The notes under the pieces: generated by a model
The model's input: the letters and a program-made list of their open reading frames with translations, nothing else
The model's database searches: none
What the model was told of the DNA's origin: nothing
Made by a program: the position numbers and the translations under genes
Shown here: in pieces, positions 15,940-24,000 of the stretch
Numbering within the stretch: the stretch's first letter is position 1
How the letters are laid out: every line of letters starts with the position of its first letter
Source: Alphaproteobacteria bacterium
GTDB taxonomy: Bacteria; Pseudomonadota; Alphaproteobacteria; ATCC43930; CGMCC-115725
NCBI GenBank assembly: GCA_028871455.1
Contig: JAGWNF010000001.1
Span: 84,349-108,348 of the forward strand
Reading direction: 5' to 3'
DNA: 24,000 nucleotides

Positions 15940-17661
15940 TCAGCCGCCGCTCACCTTTGCCGGAGCGGCGCCGAGGCCATGGTCGAGCTTGGCCTGGATG
16001 GTCTTGGCCTCGTCGGCGTCGGGCTTGAACTGAAGCGCGCGGCGCCATTGATAGCGCGCCTCCGTCTCGCGCCCGGTCCGCCAATAGGCGTCGCCGAGAT
16101 GGTCGTTGATGGTCGGATCGTCGGGCACCAGTTCGTTTGCGCGCTCGAGCGTCTCGGTGGCGCGGGCATATTGGCCGAGATGGAAATACGCCCAGCCGAG
16201 GCTGTCGACGATGTAGCCGTCATTGGGCTGCAACGCGACCGCGCGCTCGATCATCTTGACCGCCTCGGGCAGCTTCTCGCCCTTGTCGATCCAGGTGTAG
16301 CCAAGATAGTTGAGCACCAGTGGCTGGTTCGGCCGCAGTTTCAGTGCCCGCTCAAGATCGGCCTGGGCGCGCGGCCATTGACCGATGCGTTCGTAACAGA
16401 CGCCGCGGCTATAGAACAGGCGCCAGTCATCGGCCGTCGGTTTCGGTACCCGCGCCAGCGCTCGGTCATAAGCCTTGACCGCGTCGGCAAAGCGACTGTG
16501 CGAGCGGAGGATGTCGCCGAGCTCGATCAGCGGGGCGGGTCGCTGCGGCTGCTCCGCCGCCAGACTCTCGAGCAGCTTGGCCGATTCGTCCGTCTGCGAC
16601 AATGCGTCGAGGGTCAGCGCAATGCGCATGCGCGCCGTCCAGGCATAGAGCGAGCCACGTTCGATGCGGCGGTAGAGCGCGAGCGCGTCTTTGGGCTGAC
16701 CCTGCTGCTCGCGAATCTCGCCAGCGAGCAGTTCGGCCAGCGCGAAGTTCGGCCTGAGGTCGATTGCCAGCCGCGCGTAGACCAGGGCGGCGTCGAGCGT
16801 GTCAGCCTGATTGAGCAAGCTCGCAAGATCGAACAGCGCCTCGGCCGCACCATCCGCCGCCGTTGCGATCGGCCGCGGCGGCACGATTTGACGCGCCAGA
16901 CGATCGAGACCGGCGACAGCGACGTCAGAATCATCGACTGGCGCAACACTCTCGTAAACCGCGCGCGCGGCGGCACCGTCATGCTGCCGTTCGTAAAAAT
17001 TGCCCGCGAGCTGCGCGATCCGCGTCGTGGGCGGCGTCTCCGCCGTCAGCAGCTTCTTGTAGGCTGCGGCGGTGGTTGCCTTCTCGCCGGCGAAATCGGC
17101 GATCAGCGCCTGATGCAGCAGCTTGAGCGGACCGAGGCCGCTGGTGTCGCCCATGGTGTCGAGATCGCGCATCGCCTGTTTGATATCGCCGCGGCCTGCG
17201 TTGGCCCAGGCGACCAGCAGCGGCGCGGCGTAGCGCTGCGCGCCCTCGTGCGGCACCGCCGTCGCCACCTTGACCGCCGTGTCGAAGTGGCCCGCCTTGA
17301 TCGCTTGTTCGATCAGCACCAAACCGGCAAGACCGGCGGTGCCGTCGTGCGCGGCGATCTTGCGGGCGAGCGGCATTGCCTGCGCGATGTGGCCTTCCGA
17401 TACGCGCAGGGCGAAGGCGCGGCGTATCAGGTTGTAGTTGTCCGGATCGGCGGCCAATGCAGCGTCAATGAAGGCGCCGGCCGCGCCATAATCGTGATTC
17501 TGCTGGGCATGCAGCGCCGCGAGATAACCGCCGAACGCGCTCTCCGGATGGATTTCGGTAGCCGCCGCCAGCGGTCGGTCGGCCGTGTTCCCGCGACCGG
17601 CGGTCAGCGCCAGGATCACGCCCGTCGCCAAAGCTCCGACAAAACAAAAACGCAACTTCAT
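15940..17661 (-). CDS. Periplasmic tetratricopeptide (TPR) repeat protein
   Basis: Signal peptide [24 protein letters not shown]. Multiple TPR-like units: [127 protein letters not shown]. Confidence 0.8.
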   Translation of the reverse strand: MKLRFCFVGALATGVILALTAGRGNTADRPLAAATEIHPESAFGGYLAALHAQQNHDYGAAGAFIDAALAADPDNYNLIRRAFALRVSEGHIAQAMPLARKIAAHDGTAGLAGLVLIEQAIKAGHFDTAVKVATAVPHEGAQRYAAPLLVAWANAGRGDIKQAMRDLDTMGDTSGLGPLKLLHQALIADFAGEKATTAAAYKKLLTAETPPTTRIAQLAGNFYERQHDGAAARAVYESVAPVDDSDVAVAGLDRLARQIVPPRPIATAADGAAEALFDLASLLNQADTLDAALVYARLAIDLRPNFALAELLAGEIREQQGQPKDALALYRRIERGSLYAWTARMRIALTLDALSQTDESAKLLESLAAEQPQRPAPLIELGDILRSHSRFADAVKAYDRALARVPKPTADDWRLFYSRGVCYERIGQWPRAQADLERALKLRPNQPLVLNYLGYTWIDKGEKLPEAVKMIERAVALQPNDGYIVDSLGWAYFHLGQYARATETLERANELVPDDPTINDHLGDAYWRTGRETEARYQWRRALQFKPDADEAKTIQAKLDHGLGAAPAKVSGG

Positions 17662-17734
17662 GGCATGCCGTCCGGCCTGTCGCTCGACCCGGCGGAGATT
17701 ACACCGCTCGCCCGCGCTTGGGTCAGCCTATTCA

Positions 17735-19339
17735 TCACATGTTGGGATAGTTCGGCCCGCCGCCGCCTTCCGGCACTGCCCAGTCGATGTTCTGCGTCGG
17801 ATCCTTGATGTCACACGTTTTACAGTGGATGCAGTTGGGCGCGTTGATCTGAAGCCGCGCCTGGCCGGTTTGGTCTTGGACGATCTCGTAGACCCCAGCG
17901 GGGCAGTAACGCGTCTCGGGCGAACGATAGAGCGCGTAATTCACGGCAATCGCGTCCTTCGGCCGGCGCAGGCGCAGATGCGACGGTTGATTCTCCTCGT
18001 GATTGACGTTCGACAGGTACACCGACGACAGCCGGTCGAAACTCAGCATGCCGTCCGGCTTCGGATAGGCGATCGGTCGCGCGGCGGCGGCATGTCGCAG
18101 ATGTGCGTGGTCGGAGATCTGGCGCAGAGTCCACGGCGCGTGGCCGCGCAGGACATAAGTATCGAGCGCGGCATGGGCGAGCCCCGCCCATAACCCCCAA
18201 CGAAATGCCGGCCGCACGTTGCGGACGGTGCGGAGCTCGGGCCAGACCCACGACGCGGCGAGCGACTGGCGGAAATCGGCGTCCTCGCCGGCCAGCTGGC
18301 GCGCCACGGTCTCGGCGGCGACCATCCCCGATTTCATCGCCGTGTGGCTGCCCCTGATCTTGGGCACGTTGAGGAAGCCGGCGGCACAGCCGATGAGGTG
18401 ACCGCCGGGGAAGCTTAAGGCCGGAATCGACTGGAACCCGCCCTCGTTGAGTGCCCGCGCGCCATAGGCGACGCGTTGGCCGCCGGCCAGGATCGGCGCG
18501 ATCACCGGATGCGTCTTGAAGCGCTGGAACTCTTCGAAGGGGTCGAGGAATGGATTGTCATAATCGAGGCCGACGACGAAGCCGATCGCCACCTGGCGAT
18601 TTTCGAGATGGTAGACGAACGAGCCGCCATACGTCCGGCTATCGAGCGGCCAGCCGATCGTGTGGACCACGCGGCCGGCGTGATGTCGGTCCGCTGGGAC
18701 TTCCCATAGCTCCTTGATGCCGATGCCGTAGGTTTGCGGATCGCAACGCGCCCGCAAGCCGAACCGCGCTTCGAGCGTTTTCGTCAGCGAGCCCCGGCAA
18801 CCCTCGGCGAACAGCGTGAACTTGGCATGCAACTCGACGCCGGGCTGGAAATTCGCGGTCGGCTGGCCGTCCTGGCCGACGCCCATGGCGCCGGTGGCCA
18901 CACCGATGACCCGACCGTTGGCGTCGTAGAGCACCTCCGCGCCGGCGAAGCCGGGATAGATCTCGACGCCCAGCGCTTCGGCCTGCTTTGCCAGCCAGCG
19001 GCATAGATTGCCGAGACTGATGATGTAATTGCCGCGATTGCGCATGGGCGGCGGCGGCGGCACCGACCACGACCGCCGCGGCGTCAACAGCATGAACCGA
19101 TCGTCGCTCGCTGGCGTCAGCAGTGGCGCACCACGACCGCGCCAATCCGGAATCAGCTCGCTGAGCGCCCGCGGCTCGAACACCGCGCCGGAAAGAATAT
19201 GGGCGCCGACCTCGGAACCCTTCTCGACGATGCAGACCGACGTCGCCGGGGCGAGCTGCTTCAGCCGAATCGCCGCGGCGAGACCGGCGGGACCGGCGCC
19301 GATGATCAGCACGTCGTATGCCATGCGCTCGCGCTGCAT
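17735..19339 (-). CDS. Electron transfer flavoprotein-ubiquinone oxidoreductase (ETF-QO)
   Basis: N-terminal FAD motif [22 protein letters not shown]-terminal 4Fe-4S region YCPAGVYE ... [33 protein letters not shown], diagnostic of ETF-QO. Confidence 0.92.
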   Translation of the reverse strand: MQRERMAYDVLIIGAGPAGLAAAIRLKQLAPATSVCIVEKGSEVGAHILSGAVFEPRALSELIPDWRGRGAPLLTPASDDRFMLLTPRRSWSVPPPPPMRNRGNYIISLGNLCRWLAKQAEALGVEIYPGFAGAEVLYDANGRVIGVATGAMGVGQDGQPTANFQPGVELHAKFTLFAEGCRGSLTKTLEARFGLRARCDPQTYGIGIKELWEVPADRHHAGRVVHTIGWPLDSRTYGGSFVYHLENRQVAIGFVVGLDYDNPFLDPFEEFQRFKTHPVIAPILAGGQRVAYGARALNEGGFQSIPALSFPGGHLIGCAAGFLNVPKIRGSHTAMKSGMVAAETVARQLAGEDADFRQSLAASWVWPELRTVRNVRPAFRWGLWAGLAHAALDTYVLRGHAPWTLRQISDHAHLRHAAAARPIAYPKPDGMLSFDRLSSVYLSNVNHEENQPSHLRLRRPKDAIAVNYALYRSPETRYCPAGVYEIVQDQTGQARLQINAPNCIHCKTCDIKDPTQNIDWAVPEGGGGPNYPNM

Positions 19340-19394
19340 CGCGCAGGACTATAGCCGGTGGTCTTCAAAGAACCAGCGATGCTACCCTCGCCAG

Positions 19395-20198
19395 ATGCCC
19401 GATCGCGCCGCGATTTCGCGGCTTCTCGAATGGCAAGTGGCGATGGGTGCCGACGAGGCGATTCTCGACCGGCCCCGCGACCGCCTGCGGCCCAAGGTAT
19501 CCGGAGTACGCCCCGCCGCGCCGGCGGCGATGCCGCCCGTGGCGCCGACCGTGATGGCGCCGCCCGCCACCACCGCACCGGCGAGCGCCATGCTGGCGAG
19601 CGCACGCGAAATGGCCGCGGCGGCAACGACGCTGGCCGAGCTTCGCGCCGCCGTCGAGGCGTTCGACGGATGTTCTCTGCGGCGCACGGCAACTCACACC
19701 GTGTTCGCGGACGGCAACCCGGCCGCGCCGCTGATGCTGATCGGCGAGGCGCCGGGCGCCGACGAGGACCGGATCGGTCGGCCTTTCGTCGGTCGTAGCG
19801 GCCAGCTCCTCGACCGTATGTTGGCCGGGATCGGCGTGACGCGGGCGGAAAACGCCTATATCACCAATGTCTTGTTCTGGCGGCCGCCCGGGAATCGCAA
19901 GCCGACGCCGGAGGAGACCGCGATCTGCCTGCCCTTCGTGTGGCGACACATCGCCCTGTTGCGGCCAAAAATCGTGGTTTTGTGCGGTGGAACGGCTACG
20001 GCCACTTTGCTTAATCGCACCGACGGCATCACCCGATTGCGTGGCCGGTGGTTCGACCTGCCGGTGCCCGGCATCGCAATGCCGGTGCTTGCCTTGGCGA
20101 CGTATCACCCCTCTTTTCTTTTGCGTGCACCTGCACACAAAAGCGAATCCTGGCGTGATCTCTTATCGATACAGTCAAAGCTGAATTCTTTAAAGTAA
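19395..20198 (+). CDS. Family 4 uracil-DNA glycosylase with an Ala/Pro-rich N-terminal extension
   Basis: The track ORF starts at 19029, but that part is antisense to ETF-QO. ATG 19395 gives [23 protein letters not shown]... UDG4 motifs: [29 protein letters not shown] and [10 protein letters not shown]. Confidence 0.85.
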   Translation: MPDRAAISRLLEWQVAMGADEAILDRPRDRLRPKVSGVRPAAPAAMPPVAPTVMAPPATTAPASAMLASAREMAAAATTLAELRAAVEAFDGCSLRRTATHTVFADGNPAAPLMLIGEAPGADEDRIGRPFVGRSGQLLDRMLAGIGVTRAENAYITNVLFWRPPGNRKPTPEETAICLPFVWRHIALLRPKIVVLCGGTATATLLNRTDGITRLRGRWFDLPVPGIAMPVLALATYHPSFLLRAPAHKSESWRDLLSIQSKLNSLK

Positions 20199-20210
20199 TA
20201 AATCGCCTCG

Positions 20211-20238
20211 TTGTAGAATTTTTAACCGTGCTATAAAT
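20211..20238 (+). promoter_or_regulatory. Promoter-like element in the AT-rich spacer upstream of the lytic transglycosylase gene
   Basis: TTGTAG (20211-20216), a 16-nt spacer, then ATAAAT (20233-20238). It overlaps a 7/8 match to the CtrA box TTAA-N7-TTAA (TTAA at 20222-20225, ATAA at 20233-20236). A second candidate is TTGACT (20271-20276), 17 nt, ATAGTT (20294-20299). Pattern matches only. Confidence 0.25.
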
Positions 20239-20282
20239 GCAGAGCTGATCACCGCAAACTTTATAAAATTTTGACTTGCCTT

Positions 20283-20292
20283 TTGCCGGCAA
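20283..20292. repeat. Perfect 10-bp palindrome TTGCCGGCAA 9 nt upstream of the slt start codon
   Basis: Read directly. The flanking CTTGCC (20275-20280) can alternatively pair with GGCAAG (20288-20293). Confidence 0.5.
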
Positions 20293-20300
20293 GATAGTTT

Positions 20301-21935
20301 ATGGCGTCCACCATGAACGACTGGGACGGTGGGAGACGGTCGAACAAGACTTACGCTGCGCTGTTTGTTATTGCGATTTTTTCAGCAGCATTGTTCGCCT
20401 TCCATAATGCAGCGGCGGCAGAATTCGGTGCCGAATTCCAGACCGCCGCTTTGACATCGCCGAGCGATCTGCGAAGCGATACGGATCTGCCCTACGTATT
20501 GAGTGGGGCGGACGCCGAACGCTATAGGTTGATCGAGTTGCAGCAGCAGACGGCGCAGTGGCGGGCAGCCGATCACGAAATTGCCTCGCTCCAGGACCGC
20601 CTCCTGCTGGGCCACGTTCTGGCGCAGCGCTATCTCCATCCGCGCTATCACACGAGCTACGCCGAGCTCGCCGCCTGGCTCGACCACTATGGTGACGAGC
20701 CGGAAGCCGGCCGCATCTACGCCCTCGCCGTGAAACGTGCGCCTGCGGGCGCCCAACCGGCCAAGCCGGCGGCGGCACCGGTCATGGCGGACAGCGACTT
20801 CGGGTCGCGGCCGGTTTCGGCCGACGGCGAAGCGACCGCCCCCCTCGGGCTGTGGCAGGCGGGGCTGGCCGATTGGCGCGCCGGCCGCCTCGAGTCCGCT
20901 TTCAAGGCGTTCTCGACGCTCGCCAAATCGTCGGGCCATTCGCCGTGGACCACCTCAGCGGCGGCTTTCTGGGCGGCGCGCGTCGAACTGCGGTCGCATC
21001 GGCCGGCCGAGGTCGAGCGTTGGCTCGATATCGCCGCCAGTCATCCGCGCACCTTTTATGGCTTGCTGGCGACGCGGCTGCTCGGCGTCGATGCCGAGTT
21101 CAATTTCGACCACGCCGCGTTCACCGCCAGCGACGCCGCGCTGATGACCGGCTTGCCTGCCGGCCGCCGTGTCCTGGCCGAGATCGAGATCGGCGATCGG
21201 GCCGCCGTCGCCGCCGAGCTTCGGCTGATGGCGGCACGCGGCGCGTCGCCGACGATCCAAGCCGTCGTCGCGCTCGCCGAGCACGCCAACATGCCGGCAT
21301 TGAGCCTGCGGCTTGCCGCCATCCTCGCGCATCGGGACGGCCAGGCTCACGATCGGGCGCTCTATCCGGTGCCGCGCTGGACGCCGCTCGGCGGCTTCAC
21401 CGTCGATCGCGCCCTGCTCTACGGCGTCATGCGACAGGAGTCGAAATTCGCGCCGCACGTCGTGAGTGATGCCGGCGCGCGGGGCTTGATGCAGCTGATG
21501 CCGGCGACCGCCCGCTCGATGGCGGCACAGCTGGAGAAAAACGTCGACTTCGAGATCGATCGCACGCAGCTCTCCGATCCGGAAACCAACCTGATGCTGG
21601 CGCAGGAATACATCCGGACGCTGCTTACCGACGATCACATCCGCGGGAATCTGCTGTTCTTCGCGCTCGCCTACAACGGCGGACCTACCGCGGTCGCGCA
21701 CCACAAGGCGGCGATGGCCGACTACCGCAACGATCCGCTGTTATTCCTCGAGACGTTTCCGATCGCGCAATCGCGGGCATTCACCGAGCGGGTGATGGCG
21801 AATTATTGGATCTACCGCATGCGTTTCGGTCAGCCGACGCCCGATCTGGACGCGCTTGCCGCGGGCAACTGGCCGATCTATACCGCTTTCGATAATCCCG
21901 ACAGCGGTGAACGCCGTGTCGCCGACAATCGATGA
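20301..21935 (+). CDS. Soluble lytic murein transglycosylase (SLT domain, family 1)
   Basis: N-terminal signal/anchor YAALFVIAIFSAALFAFHNAAAA. Superhelical Ala/Leu-rich middle region. Catalytic SLT motifs: GVMRQESKFAPHVVSDAGARGLMQLMPATA and LAYNGGP. Confidence 0.85.
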   Translation: MASTMNDWDGGRRSNKTYAALFVIAIFSAALFAFHNAAAAEFGAEFQTAALTSPSDLRSDTDLPYVLSGADAERYRLIELQQQTAQWRAADHEIASLQDRLLLGHVLAQRYLHPRYHTSYAELAAWLDHYGDEPEAGRIYALAVKRAPAGAQPAKPAAAPVMADSDFGSRPVSADGEATAPLGLWQAGLADWRAGRLESAFKAFSTLAKSSGHSPWTTSAAAFWAARVELRSHRPAEVERWLDIAASHPRTFYGLLATRLLGVDAEFNFDHAAFTASDAALMTGLPAGRRVLAEIEIGDRAAVAAELRLMAARGASPTIQAVVALAEHANMPALSLRLAAILAHRDGQAHDRALYPVPRWTPLGGFTVDRALLYGVMRQESKFAPHVVSDAGARGLMQLMPATARSMAAQLEKNVDFEIDRTQLSDPETNLMLAQEYIRTLLTDDHIRGNLLFFALAYNGGPTAVAHHKAAMADYRNDPLLFLETFPIAQSRAFTERVMANYWIYRMRFGQPTPDLDALAAGNWPIYTAFDNPDSGERRVADNR

Positions 21936-22455
21936 CAAGCGCCCTTTCGTTCCCGTCAACATCGCGATCCTGACGGTTTCCGACACGCGCGACGAAGCGT
22001 CCGACAAGTCCGGCCGCACGCTGGTCGAGCTCGCCACCCAAGCCGGCCACCACGTCACCGCCAAGCGCATCATCAAGGATGAGCGGGACGCGATCGTCGC
22101 GGCGCTGCGCGCGTGGATCGCCGATCCGAACGTCGATGTCGTGATCTCGACCGGCGGCACGGGTGTCACCGGCCGCGACGTCACGCCCGAGGCGTTCCAG
22201 TCGGTCTACGAGAAGGAGATCGCCGGTTTCGGCGAGCTGTTCCGCTGGCTCAGCTACCAGAAAGTCGGCACGTCGACGATCCAGAGCCGCGCCACCGCCG
22301 GCGTCGCCAACGGCACTTATCTTTTCGCGCTGCCGGGTTCGCCCGGCGCCTGCCGCGACGGGTGGGAGGTGATCGGTCCGCAACTCGACAACCGCCACCG
22401 GCCCTGCAACCTCGTCGAGCTGATGCCGCGACTCAAGGAACACATCGGACATTAG
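21916..22455 (+). CDS. moaB: Molybdenum cofactor biosynthesis protein B (MoaB/MogA fold)
   Basis: PVNIAILTVSDTRDEASDKSG ... VVISTGGTGVTGRDVTPEA ... ALPGSPGAC. I chose the GTG at 21916, giving (M)SPTIDDKRPFVPVNIAIL, which is typical of alphaproteobacterial MoaB. It overlaps the slt 3' end by 20 nt. The track start is 21856. Confidence 0.82.
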   Translation: MSPTIDDKRPFVPVNIAILTVSDTRDEASDKSGRTLVELATQAGHHVTAKRIIKDERDAIVAALRAWIADPNVDVVISTGGTGVTGRDVTPEAFQSVYEKEIAGFGELFRWLSYQKVGTSTIQSRATAGVANGTYLFALPGSPGACRDGWEVIGPQLDNRHRPCNLVELMPRLKEHIGH

Positions 22456-22510
22456 AGCCGGGCCCGACCAAGTTCTTGATTTGTTCCCGCGGCCGGCGCA
22501 TCATCGGTCG

Positions 22511-23599
22511 ATGGCCAATTCGGCGAGCGTCTTGTTGCAAAAGGGCCGTGGCGCCGGCAGCAACGCCACCGGCCGCTACGAGCAGGAGAAGCGCGAGGCT
22601 TTCGATGACGGCTGGAGCACCGCCGACGAGCTACCGCCCCGGCTGCCGACGACCTTCTTGCGCGACAGCACGCGCAGCATCATCGCCCGCAACGATTCAC
22701 CCGACATCCCGTTCGACCGCTCGATCAATCCCTATCGCGGCTGCGAGCACGGCTGCATCTATTGCTTCGCGCGGCCGACGCACGCCTATCTTGGCCTGTC
22801 GCCGGGCCTCGATTTCGAGAGCCGGATCCTCGTCAAGGAGCAGGCGCCGGCGCTGCTGGCGGCTGAGTTGCGCAAGCCGTCCTATCGCTGCCGGCCGATC
22901 GCGCTCGGCACCAACACCGATCCCTATCAGCCGGCGGAGCGCCAATACCGGATCATGCGCGGCATCCTCGAAGTGCTGCGCGATTTCCGCCATCCCGTCA
23001 CCATCGTCACCAAGTCGGCGCTGATCCAGCGCGACATCGACATCCTGGCGGAAATGGCGAAGAACAGCCTCGCGGCCTGCGCAGTGTCGGTGACCACGCT
23101 CGATCGCAGGCTGGCGCGGACCATGGAGCCGCGCGCGGCGACGCCGGAGCGCCGGCTCGAGACTGTCGCGGCGCTCGCCGCCGCGGGCATTCCGACCGGC
23201 ATCATGGCGGCGCCAATGATTCCGGCACTCAACGACGCCGAACTCGAAGCCATCCTGGAGCGCGGCGTCGCCGCCGGCGCGCGTGGCGCCGGTTATACCA
23301 TGTTGCGCCTGCCGCTCGAGGTCGCGCCTTTGTTCATCGAGTGGCTCAACAACCATTTCCCGGAAAAGGCCAAGCACGTGATGTCGCTAGTGCGCGAGGG
23401 CCATGGCGGCAAGGACTATAATCCGCAATGGGGCAAGCGCATGACCGGCACCGGCCCTTATGCCGAAGTGCTGCGCATCCGGTTCGAGACCGCGTGCCGG
23501 CGGCTGAAGCTCAACCTCAATCGCGGCCGACTGTGGCGGCTCGACACCACGAAGTTCGCGCCGCCGCCGATGCCGAGCGCGCAGCTCACGTTGTTCTGA
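22511..23599 (+). CDS. PA0069-family radical SAM protein
   Basis: KGRGAGSNATGRYE near the N-terminus and the CxxxCxxC cluster motif YRGCEHGCIYCFARP. Start is either ATG 22511 (MANSASVLLQKGRG) or 22481. Confidence 0.8.
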   Translation: MANSASVLLQKGRGAGSNATGRYEQEKREAFDDGWSTADELPPRLPTTFLRDSTRSIIARNDSPDIPFDRSINPYRGCEHGCIYCFARPTHAYLGLSPGLDFESRILVKEQAPALLAAELRKPSYRCRPIALGTNTDPYQPAERQYRIMRGILEVLRDFRHPVTIVTKSALIQRDIDILAEMAKNSLAACAVSVTTLDRRLARTMEPRAATPERRLETVAALAAAGIPTGIMAAPMIPALNDAELEAILERGVAAGARGAGYTMLRLPLEVAPLFIEWLNNHFPEKAKHVMSLVREGHGGKDYNPQWGKRMTGTGPYAEVLRIRFETACRRLKLNLNRGRLWRLDTTKFAPPPMPSAQLTLF

Positions 23600-23616
23600 T
23601 CGCGCGGCCGCGATTT
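23599..23616 (+). terminator. Possible weak terminator hairpin after the radical SAM gene
   Basis: ATCGCG-CGGC-CGCGAT (6-bp GC-rich stem, 4-nt loop, 23599-23614) followed by only TT(T)CG. The T-tract is poor. Confidence 0.25.
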
Positions 23617-23689
23617 CGTCCTCGGGATTCATGTGATTGAACGCGGCTGCGCGCTTGCACGCCGCAACGCAGGCGTGTCTCCTACCGAC

Positions 23690-24000
23690 ATGCCGGACCT
23701 CGTGCTCGAGCGGGAATGCGACGGCGTCGTCTGCGGCATCGACGAGGCCGGGCGCGGTCCGTTGGCCGGTCCGGTCGTCGCGGCCGCGGTGATCATCGAC
23801 GCGACGCGTATGCCACGCAGCCTGCGCCAGCAGATCGACGATTCGAAGAAGCTCCTGCGCGAGGAGCGCGAGGAATATGCCGCCCGGCTGTGGTCCTGCG
23901 CCCGTATCGGCATCGGCGCCGCCTCCGTTGCCGAGATCGACCGAATCAACATCCTCCAGGCGTCGCTGCTCGCCATGCGGCGGGCACTCGACGCCTTGCC
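23690..24000 (+). CDS. rnhB: Ribonuclease HII, 5' part; continues beyond the window
   Basis: Not in the track because there is no stop in the window. My translation from ATG 23690 gives [63 protein letters not shown]..., which carries the RNase [15 protein letters not shown] and DSKKL motifs. In-frame GTGs at 23633 and 23675 are alternative starts. Confidence 0.88.
   Translation, partial: MPDLVLERECDGVVCGIDEAGRGPLAGPVVAAAVIIDATRMPRSLRQQIDDSKKLLREEREEYAARLWSCARIGIGAASVAEIDRINILQASLLAMRRALDAL

Noticed and set aside
15979-17808. 609-aa plus-strand ORF, together with similar long ORFs at 3288..4277 (+), 6724..7875 (+), 248..1099 (+), 501..1511 (-), 8426..9391 (+) and 20955..21704 (-)
   Set aside because: All lie antisense to, or out of frame with, genes that have strong family signatures. 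Their translations are Arg/Ala/Gly/Pro-rich low-complexity strings with no motifs. These are the expected shadow ORFs of high-GC DNA.
19359-19375. TGGTCTTCAAAGAACCA imperfect palindrome in the 55-bp ETF-QO/UDG divergent spacer as a possible operator
   Set aside because: Only TGG/CCA and TTC/GAA pair, and a bulge is needed. That is too weak to call without conservation data.
20421-20438. GAATTCGGTGCCGAATTC near-palindrome (two EcoRI sites 6 bp apart)
   Set aside because: It lies within the slt signal-peptide region and simply encodes the repeated peptide EFGAEF. There is no evidence of a regulatory role.
20728-20740. GTGAAACG resembling a parS half-site (parS is TGTTTCAC-GTGAAACA)
   Set aside because: Only one half-site is present, with no inverted partner, and it lies inside the slt coding region. 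I saw no full parS-like palindrome in the window, but an eye scan is not exhaustive.

Overview
Visibly GC-rich chromosomal core region of an alphaproteobacterium. The protein sequences and gene order look Hyphomicrobiales/Bradyrhizobiaceae-like, but that is inference and no search was run. Positions 1-11954 form one uninterrupted minus-strand block of 16 protein genes plus one RNA gene: zauP-like, zapA, 6S RNA, 5-formyl-THF cyclo-ligase, YmdB-like phosphoesterase, yebC, ruvC-ruvA-ruvB, ybgC-tolQ-tolR-tolA-tolB-pal-cpoB and tilS. Many stop/start junctions in this block overlap. Diverging from it, 12115-15077 (+) is a translationally coupled two-gene unit: an orphan ParB-like protein with an unusual N-terminal extension and altered CTP-pocket motifs, followed by a PodJ-like bitopic membrane protein with periplasmic Sel1 repeats. 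Both proteins open with the same ~33-aa module. This pair is the only part of the window that housekeeping functions do not explain, so it is my best candidate for an undescribed system. The idea that it is a membrane- or pole-anchored DNA-binding module linked to division is a hypothesis, not a demonstrated function. The rest of the window is ordinary: ispE, a periplasmic TPR protein and ETF-ubiquinone oxidoreductase on the minus strand, then family-4 UDG, a soluble lytic transglycosylase, moaB, a PA0069-type radical SAM protein and the 5' part of rnhB on the plus strand. I saw no tRNA or rRNA genes, CRISPR arrays, transposases, integrases or compositional islands. Many long ORFs in the supplied track are Arg/Ala/Gly/Pro-rich antisense shadows typical of high-GC DNA. 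Several longest-ORF starts are clearly too far upstream, and the corrected starts are given below.
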